Shown in pieces: positions 1 through 13,200 of a DNA stretch of 64,000 bases (positions are counted from its first letter, which is position 1; every line of letters starts with the position of its first letter). Location: NCBI GenBank assembly GCA_977030845.1, contig OZ365115.1:30690001-30754000 (forward strand), read 5' to 3'. The position numbers and the translations under genes were made by a program. The DNA comes from Fimbriosthenelais zetlandica. Lineage: Eukaryota. Below the pieces are notes generated by a model. It was given only the letters and a program-made list of their open reading frames with translations, did no database searches and was not told the DNA's origin.

Positions 1-1289
1 TAGTAGTCATATTGCCTGGAGGTAATATCAAGATTCTCCATTGTCATATAACCCCTCACCCAAACAGTCAATTAGCATTATAAAGGACAATGCACTGGCT
101 TTAAACATTGGCATTATTAAACACTTTTTATGGAAATTATCACAGTCGGCGAAGTGAGGTGATAGAGAGATCGATATGCATGTGTAATAGTCGTATTTTG
201 CTGAGTCATTGTTTAGAGCCGCCATTTTTAATGATACTTCGGCATATCACGTGTAATCTCGTGTTGGGATAAGGTTACCTTTGATAATTAGAAAACGAGA
301 GTGGATATTCAATACTCGTATACAACTGATAAACCACTATATCATTGTCATATAATGTCTTTAAAGTTATATATTCTTATATAATAAAGTTCATTGTGAT
401 GTTTTATAAAATGATGAGATAACTTTGAGGTTGAGGGAATGGGCCATTGAAGCCACCCATCTGGAATAAACATTGTTCCATTGTAAGAACAACTCCTTTT
501 CATCCCTATAGTAACTAATTCCTGGAGACCTCTCAACTCTCCCCCATATTAAACAGAAAAACAATGTGTATTTTCCACCTCCTTGCATCCAGATGCCCTG
601 ACCCGTTTCATTGTGCATGGAAAGCTACCCCCTCTGTAGATCCCACTGTTTACTATCCCAGCATTTAAAATAGATGTTTATTTTAGTCTGCTCAACTTTT
701 TATTTCAGGCATTTCCCAGCTCGAAATTGTACAATAAAATCTCTTCTATTATGAAGCAGTTCTTATTTTTTTTAAATGATGAGGCATGAGTGGCAAAATG
801 AAAGAATAGATCTATCTATTATCATAATACTTCTTAGTTTCATCAGACATTCAGATCTGGTATTATGCTAATTTTAAAATTAAATACATTTAATTTCTTC
901 ATTTAAACATTATACAAACTCCTAAGTGTAAGATTTTACACAAAGACTATATCTAAAGTTAATCAGGACACTAAAATCACTCAAGAACAACTAAAATAAA
1001 TCAGTAAGGTCTAAAAGTTGATATAATTCTGCTTAACTCAGATGCACGACTCTCAATACTCGGTAGGTGCAGATATATCAAATAAAATAATGAAAGTAAC
1101 TATTACGCAGTATTAGGGACAAAACTTACCGAGCATAAATAGTCCTAAATCGTCTCTTTGGATAGGTCATTATGAAGTCAAATGGGAGATAATAATGAAA
1201 ATCCAAGGAAACTGGGGGTTACTGGAGGCATAGGGTAAAATCCGTCCAGAGAATGTATGGCGAGGAACCACCAGTTGAAGAAGATCATG

Positions 1290-1520
1290 TACATGGAGTG
1301 GTATCTATGTGGAGGTGGTATACACCTGGGGGGTACAGTGGTAGAAAGCTGCTGCTGACTTCCCTACACATTCCAGGCTTTGGAAAAGCAAATCTTGGCA
1401 GGGTCGACAACAGGCATACACATTGCTAGAGTAGTCCAAGCTTCCACTTGTACATCATAGAAGTCTGTCGTCACTGGTACAGAGAAGATGTGCAAAAAGT
1501 GTCCAGTTTCCAGTTGCTTT
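1290..1520 (+). mobile_element. Decayed Gypsy/Ty3 LTR-retrotransposon integrase zinc-binding fragment
   Basis: Translation QALEKQILAGSTTGIHIARVVQASTCTS*KSVVTGTEKMCKKCPVSSC resembles the integrase HHCC region (IPxSLRxxILxxLHxGHxGIxKTxxRAR..WP..MCKKCPVC). Contains stops. Manual motif comparison. Confidence 0.4.
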
Positions 1521-1532
1521 GTGAAGAGAGAT

Positions 1533-1590
1533 AGCTATAGTGGTTAGAGATCTAACTTCCCAACTCAAGGGTACCAGATTTAAAACTGGA
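1533..1590 (+). mobile_element. Degenerate tRNA-like SINE head
   Basis: A-box-like tagtggttagag and T-arm-like ccag-atttaaaa-ctgg. Confidence 0.25.
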
Positions 1591-3106
1591 TCCTTTCATT
1601 GGACAGCTCATTTCTTCCTATCTTAGCTCTTCATTGCCTTTCTGTCTCCTCTCTTTGTCCTTCCACTTTATTTACTTTTTATATGCTTTCTATATTCATC
1701 ACGAGCCCATTATAGTCCGCCAATGCCAATGTCATTCAAGAGTACTCCCTCCCATATACTTTTCACCACCCTATTAGTTTCTTATGTCGACAGTCCCTTC
1801 TCACCTGCCGCGTCTTTTTTGCATTGTTAAGTTTCTCCTATATGCCTCAATTGCTCCCTATAAGATCACATTTTTTTTATTTCAGCCCATCCTATACGTG
1901 AATTCCATGGTAGAGTTCACTTGTAAAAGCAAGAATAAAAGCAACTCTCGTCACATAAAAGCCATTTTGTTATTTAACAAAACATACCAGGACAGCTCAT
2001 GTACATTTTGAAAAAAAATTGCTGGAAATTTTGCTGAAAATATCAACATATTAACCAACCATTTTAAGAGGGACCTGAAAGTAATTTTGAGGCAACTTAT
2101 TACTTGTAGTATCTATGCTCATATTTCAGCATTAAGTGAGATTTTCGGACGTTCGGCTGATCCAGAAGAACATTAATTTGTCTTGGTACAGTGAGGAGTG
2201 ATCCATATATCACGTATATTGAGAGGTTTATAGCGTCAGCATCTTCTTTATTATCCCAGCTCATAAAGAGGGCATTACCATCAACTGACACAAGGCTGGC
2301 CTGGGTAAGGCTGGAACGCACTAAACCGATCAGTAATATCAAGAAGCAGCAGCTCAAAACATGAAAGTGTGACCCCCTCATCACACACAGGCCTGACTCC
2401 AGCTCAGGGATACACCCGCCATTCATCCAATCTGTCCTCCTTGTGTTTTTATATTTGGAAAATGTAATCCACATATTCAAAATTTCATTTTCACGCCAAT
2501 GGTTTTACAATGTTTCAGGGCAGAAATTGCCAGTGGGTAGAGAAATGTCGGCTTGGTGTATCTCAGCTATGACCTGGCAGATTCTGCATGAATGAGGCAG
2601 GGGTTATGGGGCTTAGACATGTATGGTATAGATCTCAAGTATGAGGGAAGGGTATGGTTATAAATAAAGCTATTTTTCTCAGCTACATCCGCCAAGCAAT
2701 GACAGCCTCTGAGATTCTATGAAAATAGTGAATGACACGCGCTCTGACACTTTTGATGGAGACCAAAAATGGAGAGTCTATATTTTTTTCTGGGCGATGC
2801 AGTCGAGTGGAAAGACTTGTCAAATGTAAATTTATGTCTAGGAGAATTCCATTGAATATCTAAACTTTTAACTTGATGGTACGATTATTATCCTTAAATG
2901 TGATTAGGCGGCAGAAAGGAAGGGAAATCCATCTTGGTCTTAGGACTTAAGCGCCTTATGAGATGGGTCTGTAAAGGGAACGATCTCAGAACCTTGCCAG
3001 GATGATAGAACTCGTATCCAGAGTTCTCTGCTATCTCCACCTTTAATCTCTATAGGCGTGTTATGCCTTTACCCACTGATTAGCCCTTCTTTTCTCCTTT
3101 GTACAG

Positions 3107-3196
3107 AAACCTTCCATAGAGAACCATAGATCAAGGATTATAGCCGAGACTAGCTGCAGGCTACTGATAGCAAATGGCTGCTTCTATGAGGCTCAG
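3107..3196 (+). CDS. Candidate 90-nt plus-strand exon
   Basis: Very strong acceptor cccttcttttctcctttgtacag. Only frame 0 is open (KPSIENHRSRIIAETSCRLLIANGCFYEAQ). Weak donor CAG|gtgtta. Confidence 0.2.
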
Positions 3197-4425
3197 GTGT
3201 TAGATGGAAAATATAAACATTTATTATGAGACACCATGAAGGAAAGCAACCTAATGAGAAAATACAACCACAATCCATTTTCTAATGTTAGCGATCAAAC
3301 TAAAGTATTTAGAAAATGTCCAGGGTTTAGCTTTGAAGAGAGGTAAATCAAAAGATCCATTCTTTTGTACTAGTAATGTACACCTCAAGTAGAGAAAGGA
3401 ATGTCCATCTGGTTCTTGACCACTCATTCCCCCCTATAGAGAGCTGGTTAAACCAAGCTGTTATCATCATGTGCGGGAACATCACTGCTAGAACATGACA
3501 AAAGGTGGGATGTAGAGTGGAATAATGGACAAACATACAAGCTATATGGACAAGGAGAATAATTGAGATTTAAACTGGGAATTTCGGGAATGGTGAAAAT
3601 GTAATCAAATCGTTGTACATACTCATAGGGCCTCTGTACTCCAAAGCATTACAAGAAACCTTTGTTTCAGGAAACTGTTTGACAATTATATAAAATTTGT
3701 TAAATGCATCGGAAAAACATACAAATGAATGTATACACTTTGGACCATTAGATTTGTGGGGTACAGTATGATTTGCTATGACCTCAGATCCCCCGATTAG
3801 ATCCCCTACAGAGAGTTGTTTTCCCCTGCTGTGAGGACCAAAGCAGTACCTTTCCTCTACAAACCATAAACCTACTCTTTTTACCTCACATTAAATAAAA
3901 TAGCACACCAAGATCACATGCGGTTCACCGCATGAAAACAGGTCGAAATATAAAAAATACAAAAAATGAAAACATGACCTCCATGCTCGAGGAGAGTCAT
4001 ATCAGAGCATGGGCGATTCATTTCAGAATTTCAAACGGAATATCACTTTAGAAAATTTAAGTCATATTACAATATCATCATACATGAAGGTAGAACTGGA
4101 GCTATAGAAATGAGAGTGAAGTTGAGAGTAGTTTCCCTAGCGTGTTTAACATGCAAACATGGCTGGATCAGCTAGACGTAGGCTGGGCATATAGAGCAGA
4201 GCTATCAATGGTAATCCCAACAAAAGGAAGATTCACAGTGAGGAAGACTGCAGTATCTTGATGGGTGGTGAGAGGGGCAGTCTTTACCGAGGACAGAGTG
4301 GGACAACTAGGAGCATGAACAAGGCACTGTATTCACAATGTACAGGTAGAGGGTGCTTAGGATGGATTGAGTGAAAGGTGTGTAGACTTTCATGGTTCTC
4401 ATGTACATCGGAAGAGGTGGTGGGC

Positions 4426-4463
4426 GGGGGGGGGGGGGGGCGAAGGGTATGTCCCCCCCCCCC
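4426..4463. repeat. G15 and C11 homopolymer runs 12 nt apart
   Basis: G run 4426-4440, spacer cgaagggtatgt, C run 4453-4463. Confidence 0.9.
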
Positions 4464-4697
4464 TTATATACCATATCTCTCTCAATACCAGATTCGATTT
4501 AACAGACATTCATTAATTGATTGCAGCGTTTTAAGTACTTATTGCATGCATGGACTAATTATCGCCATAGTTCATTTCACAGGGGTAATTACTCCCATTA
4601 ACATGATGCCAATGCCATTAATGCTCTCTAATAAATAGAGCAAAAGCATTCTGAAAGTTAAATCAAAGCTGGCATGTTGTAATTTTAATTTGTACAG

Positions 4698-4847
4698 ATG
4701 AATAGAGCTCTGTATTCTAGCACACCCAACCTCAAACTCAAGTCTATTCCAGGCTATAGGACTCCCTCCTATATCAGACATCCATTTTACCACTCTCCAA
4801 GCTGTATAGAGGATATGTTTGTTTGGGTCTCTGACACCTGGATTTCG
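4698..4847 (+). CDS. Candidate 150-nt plus-strand exon
   Basis: Acceptor ttttaatttgtacag and donor TCG|gtaggc. Phase 0-0 open frame MNRALYSSTPNLKLKSIPGYRTPSYIRHPFYHSPS... Confidence 0.2.
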
Positions 4848-7800
4848 GTAGGCTTTTGTCAAGTGAAGAATCAGTTTTGTTAAGCTGCTTATCGCTCAGG
4901 TATTCCTTTTCTATGTGAGATGGGTTTCACCAAGTTTTCAAGTGTCACTCTCAATTCTTACAGATAATGCAGCACTTGCTTATTATTGGTAAAGCTCTCC
5001 GAACATGGCAGCTCTTTGGAAATGGGGAAGAGACCCTTAAAAGGGTCTTCAACATTAAAGGTGGAATACCCAAATTCTAAAATTGGGATGATTTAGAATT
5101 TAGCTCTCAAATACACCCACACGATTCTCAGCCAAATACAGTAGGCTAGTATAGTAATGGATCATTATGTCCAATTCAAACATCATCACAACAGACAGGT
5201 ACAAGTAATTAAATTGCTATTAATTGCCTTTATGTCTACAAAATTTGCCTGAGAGCAATGCCAATAAATATAAGAGTCACTGTATGCAATTTACAACCCA
5301 AAAGTCTCAAAATTAGGTTTTCATTATTTTCATGATCATGGACCTCCTGAATAAAAAATTGTGAGTATCCCAGAATATCCATATGTCGTGACAAAATTCT
5401 GTACAATAACGAGCAGGGCAAACCCTAATTATAGACAATAGCCTGATAATTACTGTATGAACTAATATTGTCCTCAATCAAGGTCAGACAGCCCCAGGAA
5501 GGTCAGGAGTAAACAATGGACAGTCACATGGCCAACAGTGTAATGTATACTGCCCGTCACACACATGGAGTATTGTCATGGTAACGGACAGCTCAGATCT
5601 TCAAATTACACATCAACTGGTCAGTAGGCCTATAGAGCCCTCTATAGGCATACTCAGGTCCATTTTTGTCATTTCAATTCAATCAAATATCAAATTGACG
5701 CTACTGGTAATACATCTACATGTATATCCCTTTCGTTGTTTTCCAATATACTTAACTAAGATGAGATTTAAAGAACCAAGTTACGTTTATATCAGGTGTA
5801 GGCCTATCATGGTAAAATTAATAAAATGAAATAATCAAACTGATTAAGAAGCCTTATGTACCTCCGAACGTTTGAAGTTAGCCATTTATCATGATGTGAT
5901 ATATTTAACGTCTGATGTAGAGGGAAATGCTATAGTGAACCCATTTGCTTTAATTTTCCTCTTGACATATGTTGGTATTTAAAACAATGTTCAGTGGCCA
6001 GCTAGGGGATTCCTACAGACCAGATTTACCTCAGGCTCCCTAGACTAGACTCTTTGCCCTCTAGAATGACTCCCAAGTGGATTCCTTTAAAGTGGTTTCC
6101 AAAGTCAAAGCGCAGGCCCTCAGGGGCTCATAGCTTGAACTACTTTTAAGTCAAACCAACCAATCCCGAAACTTGGTCTTGGTCAAGTATAGATATTGAT
6201 CAAAAAGTAGTTTATGTTTAAGGGGCAAAATATCACAGAAAATATTGGCCTTACTGACTAGATGGTGATTACAGAAAGGCTTCTTCACGGAAATATGAGA
6301 AAACCTTATAACTTTAACTTTGAAATAAAGTATGGATTCACTGACCTGTAGCTTCTGAGTGTCAAGGGGACATCACACCTGAAAAACAGAAAACAGTCAT
6401 TTAATATGTATTTATATTGAAATTTGTACAATTTAATGAAATAGGATAAAATCATTGGCATCAGAGACTGACATTTCAGTTCAGGAAAGCCATGCTAGGG
6501 GGGGACACTGTTGGTATGCTTCTAGCACTAGCCTGCCACCTGCGGTCCAACCACTGAACTACAAAAGACCTGGCAATGATCCATCAGATGTTCATGATCA
6601 CTCCTTCCAACGAATAAAAGGAGTTATAAAACCTAGGGTAGTTTTTAGAATATCAAATACCAAAAACCATTATAGAAAGGCATTATGCTGGCTCAATTAA
6701 ATCTTAATCTCAAATGATTTCTCATGCAAGCGATCAGATCTGTATTCAGTCTATTTGGATAATTCTGAGCACCATCATCCCTTATTCCACTGGTCCATTG
6801 AAATGAATTGAATTCATTAAACAATAGATTAATGGGAGGGGGAGCAGGTGGATGTGATGGTATTTTGTATGACAAACACTACCAGTATAACAAGCATGAT
6901 GAGCTGAGATCACCTGTACATGATGAGGGACAGGTGGATCCCACCCCGCCTAGCACAATGGCGCCACCTCACGTTGACATGGGGAATTACGACTGAAAAC
7001 TTCTATTTTGCTTTTCAAAGAGCATGAAAGATACATATTGCTGCGATTGGTAAAGTTTTCGCATTATCTGAGGAACTGCATGAAAGCTTTTTTCTATCAC
7101 GCATTGTGTAATGACTGGCAGATTCATCCATACTTAAAACTTATGCTGGATTTGGTAATCTATCCATAATATCTGGATTGGCTAAGGCAACACTTTTTGC
7201 TCTTGAAACACACACACACACTTTATGCTAAATTATTCCTCAACGCTCAAACTTATGATTATCACATAATATTCTGTGGAAAATGTCAAATTGGGTCGTG
7301 TACAAGTCTAGCACTTAACATCAAGTCCTGCCAGCCTGGGCCACAGTAGGTGGCATGTAACCTTAGATCTCAAGTACAAAACCAGCTATTCACAATGCAA
7401 GAAATAACATCAAGGAGAAGTAAGACCTTTCCTCAAAGTATCTGCCAATATCTGAAGAAAATATTAAGTTCCCAGATATAATAATATGAAATCCCAACAC
7501 AGACTATTTGGGGTATTTATTTGGATATGATGTAATGGGCTACATCATGTATTATATTTTAGTATTTATTCAATGGGTTGGGATGAGTTATTATGTAACC
7601 CGATACAATAATGACCCAGGTGATCTGTGGATGCCGGGCCTGGTCACCGGGTGTCTTTATATACACACACTCCAGGGTAGCCATGGTGAAGGGTATCAGA
7701 TGACCTCTGACACTGGAGAGAGGTGGGGTCAAGTGTGGCTGATGTATGGGTGAAATAAACAAACCCATGTCTTAGCGGGTCAGGTATAGCTGGCTGACAG

Positions 7801-10141
7801 TTAACCCCAGTATTGTTCTCCCACATGTCCATGCCATTGTTTATGGTATAGGGGTTCATAATAAGTCAAGCGGTCACTGAAGGGGACAGTGCACGTTCAT
7901 GAGGGTGTTCATTCCGAGAAAGCATGAACAGCATGGGTATATTCCATATACTAGGAAAAACCCATAACTTTCCGGATTTCTTTCTTCAAGCTTTCATGAA
8001 ATCCAATGTGATTTCAGGCCACACCTATAATACTGATCTTATTTTTTGGGGACCAGAAATATGCCCAATATTGAAAGTAGAGGGTCCTTATAATTTCATG
8101 TTCTTTACCAATGTCTACTGCTTTTCAAAACAAATAATACCATCTACTCCAAAGCCGGTATGATCAGAAAGGAAAGAACTATGATCTTCACATAATACGA
8201 TGCAATAAATATTGAAATTCATAAAAACATAAGCAGTTAGTGTCAGGGAAAGTGGGTCCTTCAAACGCCACTGGTTTTGGGGCAAGGAGAAGGAGGCTTC
8301 AAATAGTTCACAAAGGTGAATAAAAAGAAAGCAATAAATGAGAGAGAATCCACTCTGAAGCTCACTGAGAGGGATCCTAGCCATGATTATAAGCTTGGAA
8401 CTGGGAAGAACAAAAGAATCATAGAAAAGTGTTGTTTGGCAGTTAGCTGTGGAATGTGGATGACCTGGTGATACCTGTTATTTTGTGCATTCCACCCCTA
8501 TAGTCTGACAGTGGAGAATCCTAGTAATAGGCTAGTGGCATACCGGCTTCATTGGCAACCAATTGTTCCCCGTTCGTTATTGCTCCTCATAGGGAGAAAA
8601 AGAAATTTAAGATTTGATTTACATGACGAAAATATTTTGATGGTTGCCATAAAACCTAAGGTAATCATAAGCACTGAATTTTAAAGCTGTGTCGAATTAC
8701 ATTTTATGGTAATTCATGAAAGTCAAGTCAATTCCTTAAAAGTTTTCCCGAGAGAGTAAAAGAGAAAAGGGCATGGTGCTTCCTCTTGACATGAAGGTCA
8801 TTGAGATTAGACGGTCTGCTGGTACTTTTCCATTTCCCCTTTCCATTAGGAAAAGTGTGGCCTGAGAGAAAAGTAGAAGGTCAGGGTCACAGATTAAGTA
8901 CAGGAATATAGAGGATTCTTTCTTTAATGTATGAGAATATGCTGGGGGCACACATTAAGCCAAAAACTTGCTTCCTTGTTCTGAATATGTTTCCCCTATT
9001 GCAAGGTCAAAGGCAATGTCACACTCGAAATGCTGGTTGATACAAACCATCAGTTCCTGTTGCTATTTCTACACTCCTAGATTCTTGTGTCAGAGTATAA
9101 ATAAATAAATTCTTTAAATATTTCTAAACAGTATGGAAGTGCAAAAACACGATTAAAAACGAATTCCATTGGTATATATATACAGGGTTGATGCCTAGAA
9201 ATGTTATCCTGACCTTTGAAGGCGTATAGGTCAAGATTGTGCATGTTGAGGGAACATGTTCAGCATGAGAGATAATGTAATCTCAGCAATAATCACAATA
9301 CCATAACCTGACCTCAGACAGGGGAATGGGGCGTGAAGCAAAGAGTGCATTAACCCCAGAATGGAAGCGAGGGAGACAAGGGAGCCCTTTGTTTATCAAT
9401 AGTCTCAGACCGAATAAAGATCCATTGTTATCTGTATTTATGGTAATGTATACAACATAGCACCAATGTTGTATGCTTACATTGCATGTGAACTTGGAGA
9501 TACATTTATAATGTACAATACAAGTATTGTCGTAAAGCCCAGTAGTACTTCTGTTGGTGTCTTTTTTTTCATTTTACATCGCGGTAAGCTATGGCTGCCT
9601 TTTGAGAAACATTAAAAAAAGTCAAGCTTCAGCAACTGCAAAATAAATCAATTGTTGTTTGCACGGTGCCCTTCCCCTCTCCTCAATCTCCTGTTCGCCT
9701 TGCAGCCAGACCAAGGCAATTTAGTTAATAAACACACCTTTTGTGACCGAAATATACACTTTAAGATCCAATTTATATACATTGGAACTTATAATCTACG
9801 AGTTCCTTAAAGGAACAATGCAGAAGTATTGGAAATGCAGCCTCAGTTCTATCAGCCACTTGCTACAACCAGACAAGATTGCACTTCAAAAGCCCAGCCC
9901 GATGCAATGCCTTCTGTATTTTGACAAGAGAAGCTTTTGAATCATTTGCCACTTGCACGCCTCCTCGGTGAAAATGAAAGAAAGATTTAAAGCACCTTTG
10001 TAGTTTCTAACTCGTGGGGTGGCTTCCATCCTACCCCTCGTACACTCCCACATGCACACACGCTCATCGTAAAGAGCCCCCATTGTGACTTGGTGACCTG
10101 TAGGCCCCACCAGGGGGACCTCTAGTTCACAATAAGCACAC

Positions 10142-10236
10142 CTGGTTAGAGGGTAAAGGTAGGCCCTGCTCGTCATAGTTCCCATTGTTAGAATCAAGGA
10201 CCACTGCCCTTGATCTTTGAGGCAAAGGATTTACGT
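10142..10236 (-). CDS. Candidate 95-nt exon
   Basis: Acceptor tactctgtgactctcag and donor CAG|gtgtgc. Open frame VNPLPQRSRAVVLDSNNGNYDEQGLPLPSNQ. No domain recognised. Confidence 0.25.
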
Positions 10237-13200
10237 CTGAGAGTCACAGAGTAATTCCAATAAAAAACATCAGTCACACACAATAACACAAGTTTATTAA
10301 AAGTGTCTCTATTTGGATTAGTTAACTTTCTCCCACGATCATTTTCAATCTTCCAATTTATTCAATTTCAAGTGTTAACAGTTGTATCGCAACATTTTGT
10401 CTCATTTGAAGGGGAGGAAACACTAGCTGTGAGGTTGCCTAGAAACCAGGAGGTAAGAGGAATATAGCCTGAGGTGTGAAGTAGATGTAGAATGGGCTAG
10501 TTTATCATGGGTTCTCACTGACGACTGTTGAAAAGTGTAAGAAGGTAGAGCAAGATTCATGCCGGAGTAGACCTGAAAAACGTGTCCTCACACAAGAGGA
10601 TCTTTGAAGGGATCTCACTCCAATACAATAACCAACATTTAAATTCTATCGTGTGAATTCTAGAGATGGAAAAGTAAAACCCCAATTCAGGATATAGTTT
10701 CGTATTTTATCACTTGGCTAAAATATCTATACATGACTATAGCCCTCAGGCCTAAAATAATTAGGCTGGTTAGAAGCAGTCGTGAAATGGGAGGTTCCCA
10801 TGTAGTTGAAAAGACAGAAAATCCCAGGCTATTGTGGCCCAAGAAGCGAAGAAAGAGAATGGGAACTATAGGGCTGAGCTTGGGCTGGAGATGCGGACAG
10901 AGGTATCTGTCAAGTTAAAGGAGTAAAATGAGGATTCTATTCTAAGGTCCTGCAATATTTAACCCCAGGAATCTGATCCCTTCATTTAACACCTGATTAA
11001 ACCAAATCCAAACGTAAAATAAGGCAGAAAGGAAAATAGCCCTTCTTGAATGGAGAGGGTGAAATGCAATTTCAATATGTTCACTATTGTGTATAGGTCC
11101 TTCAATGGGTCGTGTCACGAGTATTCATTTCACAAATGAGTGCATTAGCCTTTGGAAACGTTTCATTTTCGAAAAATGCTCCGGGCAGTGACTAAATTTT
11201 GTTACACAATGTCAATGAATTCAAACGGCACTTAAATTGATAAACTTGTGAGATATCAAGTCAGTTTTTAATTTCAAGAACCGTTGCAACTGTCACACTC
11301 CAAAAAACCTTCATACACCCAATGACCCACTTTGCTAATCAGAACGAAAGTCAGAAAAAAATTGTTGGCCATTCCTACACTATAATTTATTAATTATAGC
11401 AATAATTTTCTTCTTCAATCGAATCAATAGCAATCATTACGATCGGCAAGGAAAAAAGAGCAGGTTTTTTGAGAAAAAACGAAAAAAGAACGTTAATAAA
11501 ACATTAGGCAGGAGAGTTAAGTGTGGGATCGGGCTGGGTCCGCATGGAATGAGGTTGGAACGTCGCCTGAGGCGGGATCGCCGAGAATCAGGTGCTTTGG
11601 CAGCTTCGATGTTCAATTATAGGAGGAGGGAAAACAATAGCAAATGTCAGTAGCATGGCCAAACAAATGTTCCCTCCTGTCAGAAATCTACTCTGTCCAT
11701 AGATAAAAACCCCTTTTCAACTTTTAAATTACCAATCTTTTTGGCTAATAATAAAGGGATTTTCTGTCCCTTAATTACCCTTCCTTTTCACATGATATCT
11801 TAATCACTTAAGTGTTTCAAAATGCAAATATATCTCCCTTTCAAAAATCCAGGAAGTAATATAAATTGTGTCTTTTTACTGGGAATGGGTGTAAATAATT
11901 GTGTGAAAGATCTTTGTTCTTGTCAAACAAAGGTTTGAAAACTATCTTGACTAATACTGATTTGCCCACCGGAAACTGGAGGTGCGATCCACTCACGAAG
12001 CTTACACGATTCAGAATAGAAGGATTCCCTTGAGCCCTTACGTAGCATGTCTTCATATCAGGGTTCTACATGCTTTCCACTAATGAATACTGCCTAAGTA
12101 CTATTTGTACTGCGGTCTCATTATGCTATCGTAGGAGTTTAAGTGGCGACCAAGTAATATTCATTGTATTAATATTCACTATAGAATTTTAGTTGAAAAA
12201 GTTCATGCAAAACAGACTAAATCTCAGTCAGTTGGAGTTGAATTTAAACAAGATGTGGACACAAGGTCTTAAGCAACTGGTGGTGGGACTAATCCCTGTT
12301 ACAAGGCACTAAATCCAGTAGACTGACACTACGGGCTTCCAGTGAATAACTCGATAAATGCAGATGTAAACACAGAATTAAGATTGGGACAGGCTAATAA
12401 TGTAGGGGCTCCCAAACCTGCCTTAAACTGCATCAATTAGTTAGAACCTGTCCTGGTGCAGTCAGTAGACTGTGTAATGGGGATTGGGATAACTTTGTTT
12501 TGGGTGCTATGTCACTAAGTTAATGTTGACATTTGGGTGGTTGTTTTGGTGGGTTGGTTGTGGTTTGGGGACATGGTGCTTCTTCACTCAGGTACATAGC
12601 GGAGTCTGGTTCTACCTGGGGGTTTGGCGGGGTGTACACCTGACATTGGATGTTCCATTTGGAGGAGAATGCTTGGGAACTATATTTCAAATTGACACTT
12701 TCAAATTTAAAGGTTTTGCTTTATAATATCATGACTTGTATGACATAATAAAGGCAGATCTCAAGACTGACTGAATATCCAGACATTCGATCTATGGCAT
12801 TGTCACTTACTGATTCATTCATAGTCAGGGGTATCATTGAAAAGGATAGATTGATAGAGGAGACAGTGTGAGAAAGGCCATGTCCTCAAACCATCCACAT
12901 TTCCTCCTCACAATAAAAATGTTGACGAGCTTAAACGAGGGTCTAATCTTCTGAGAGCCATGACTGTTCAGTTTGTTAGTTCAAGGCTACATATCAATTG
13001 CAGAGAAAAATGTGGCCCTCACTCATTTGTATAGGCCACCAGATTTACAGCTCAGTGCTGGTTCTATGATAATCTTCCTAGTCTGCAGTAACAGGTTCTG
13101 GTGCTTTTAAGGACACGACATTCGATGGATTGGCCTACAATTGTATATCCCTGAGGTATATAAACTTTAATCTTGGTAAACAGAAGGGTGCTGATGAGTA

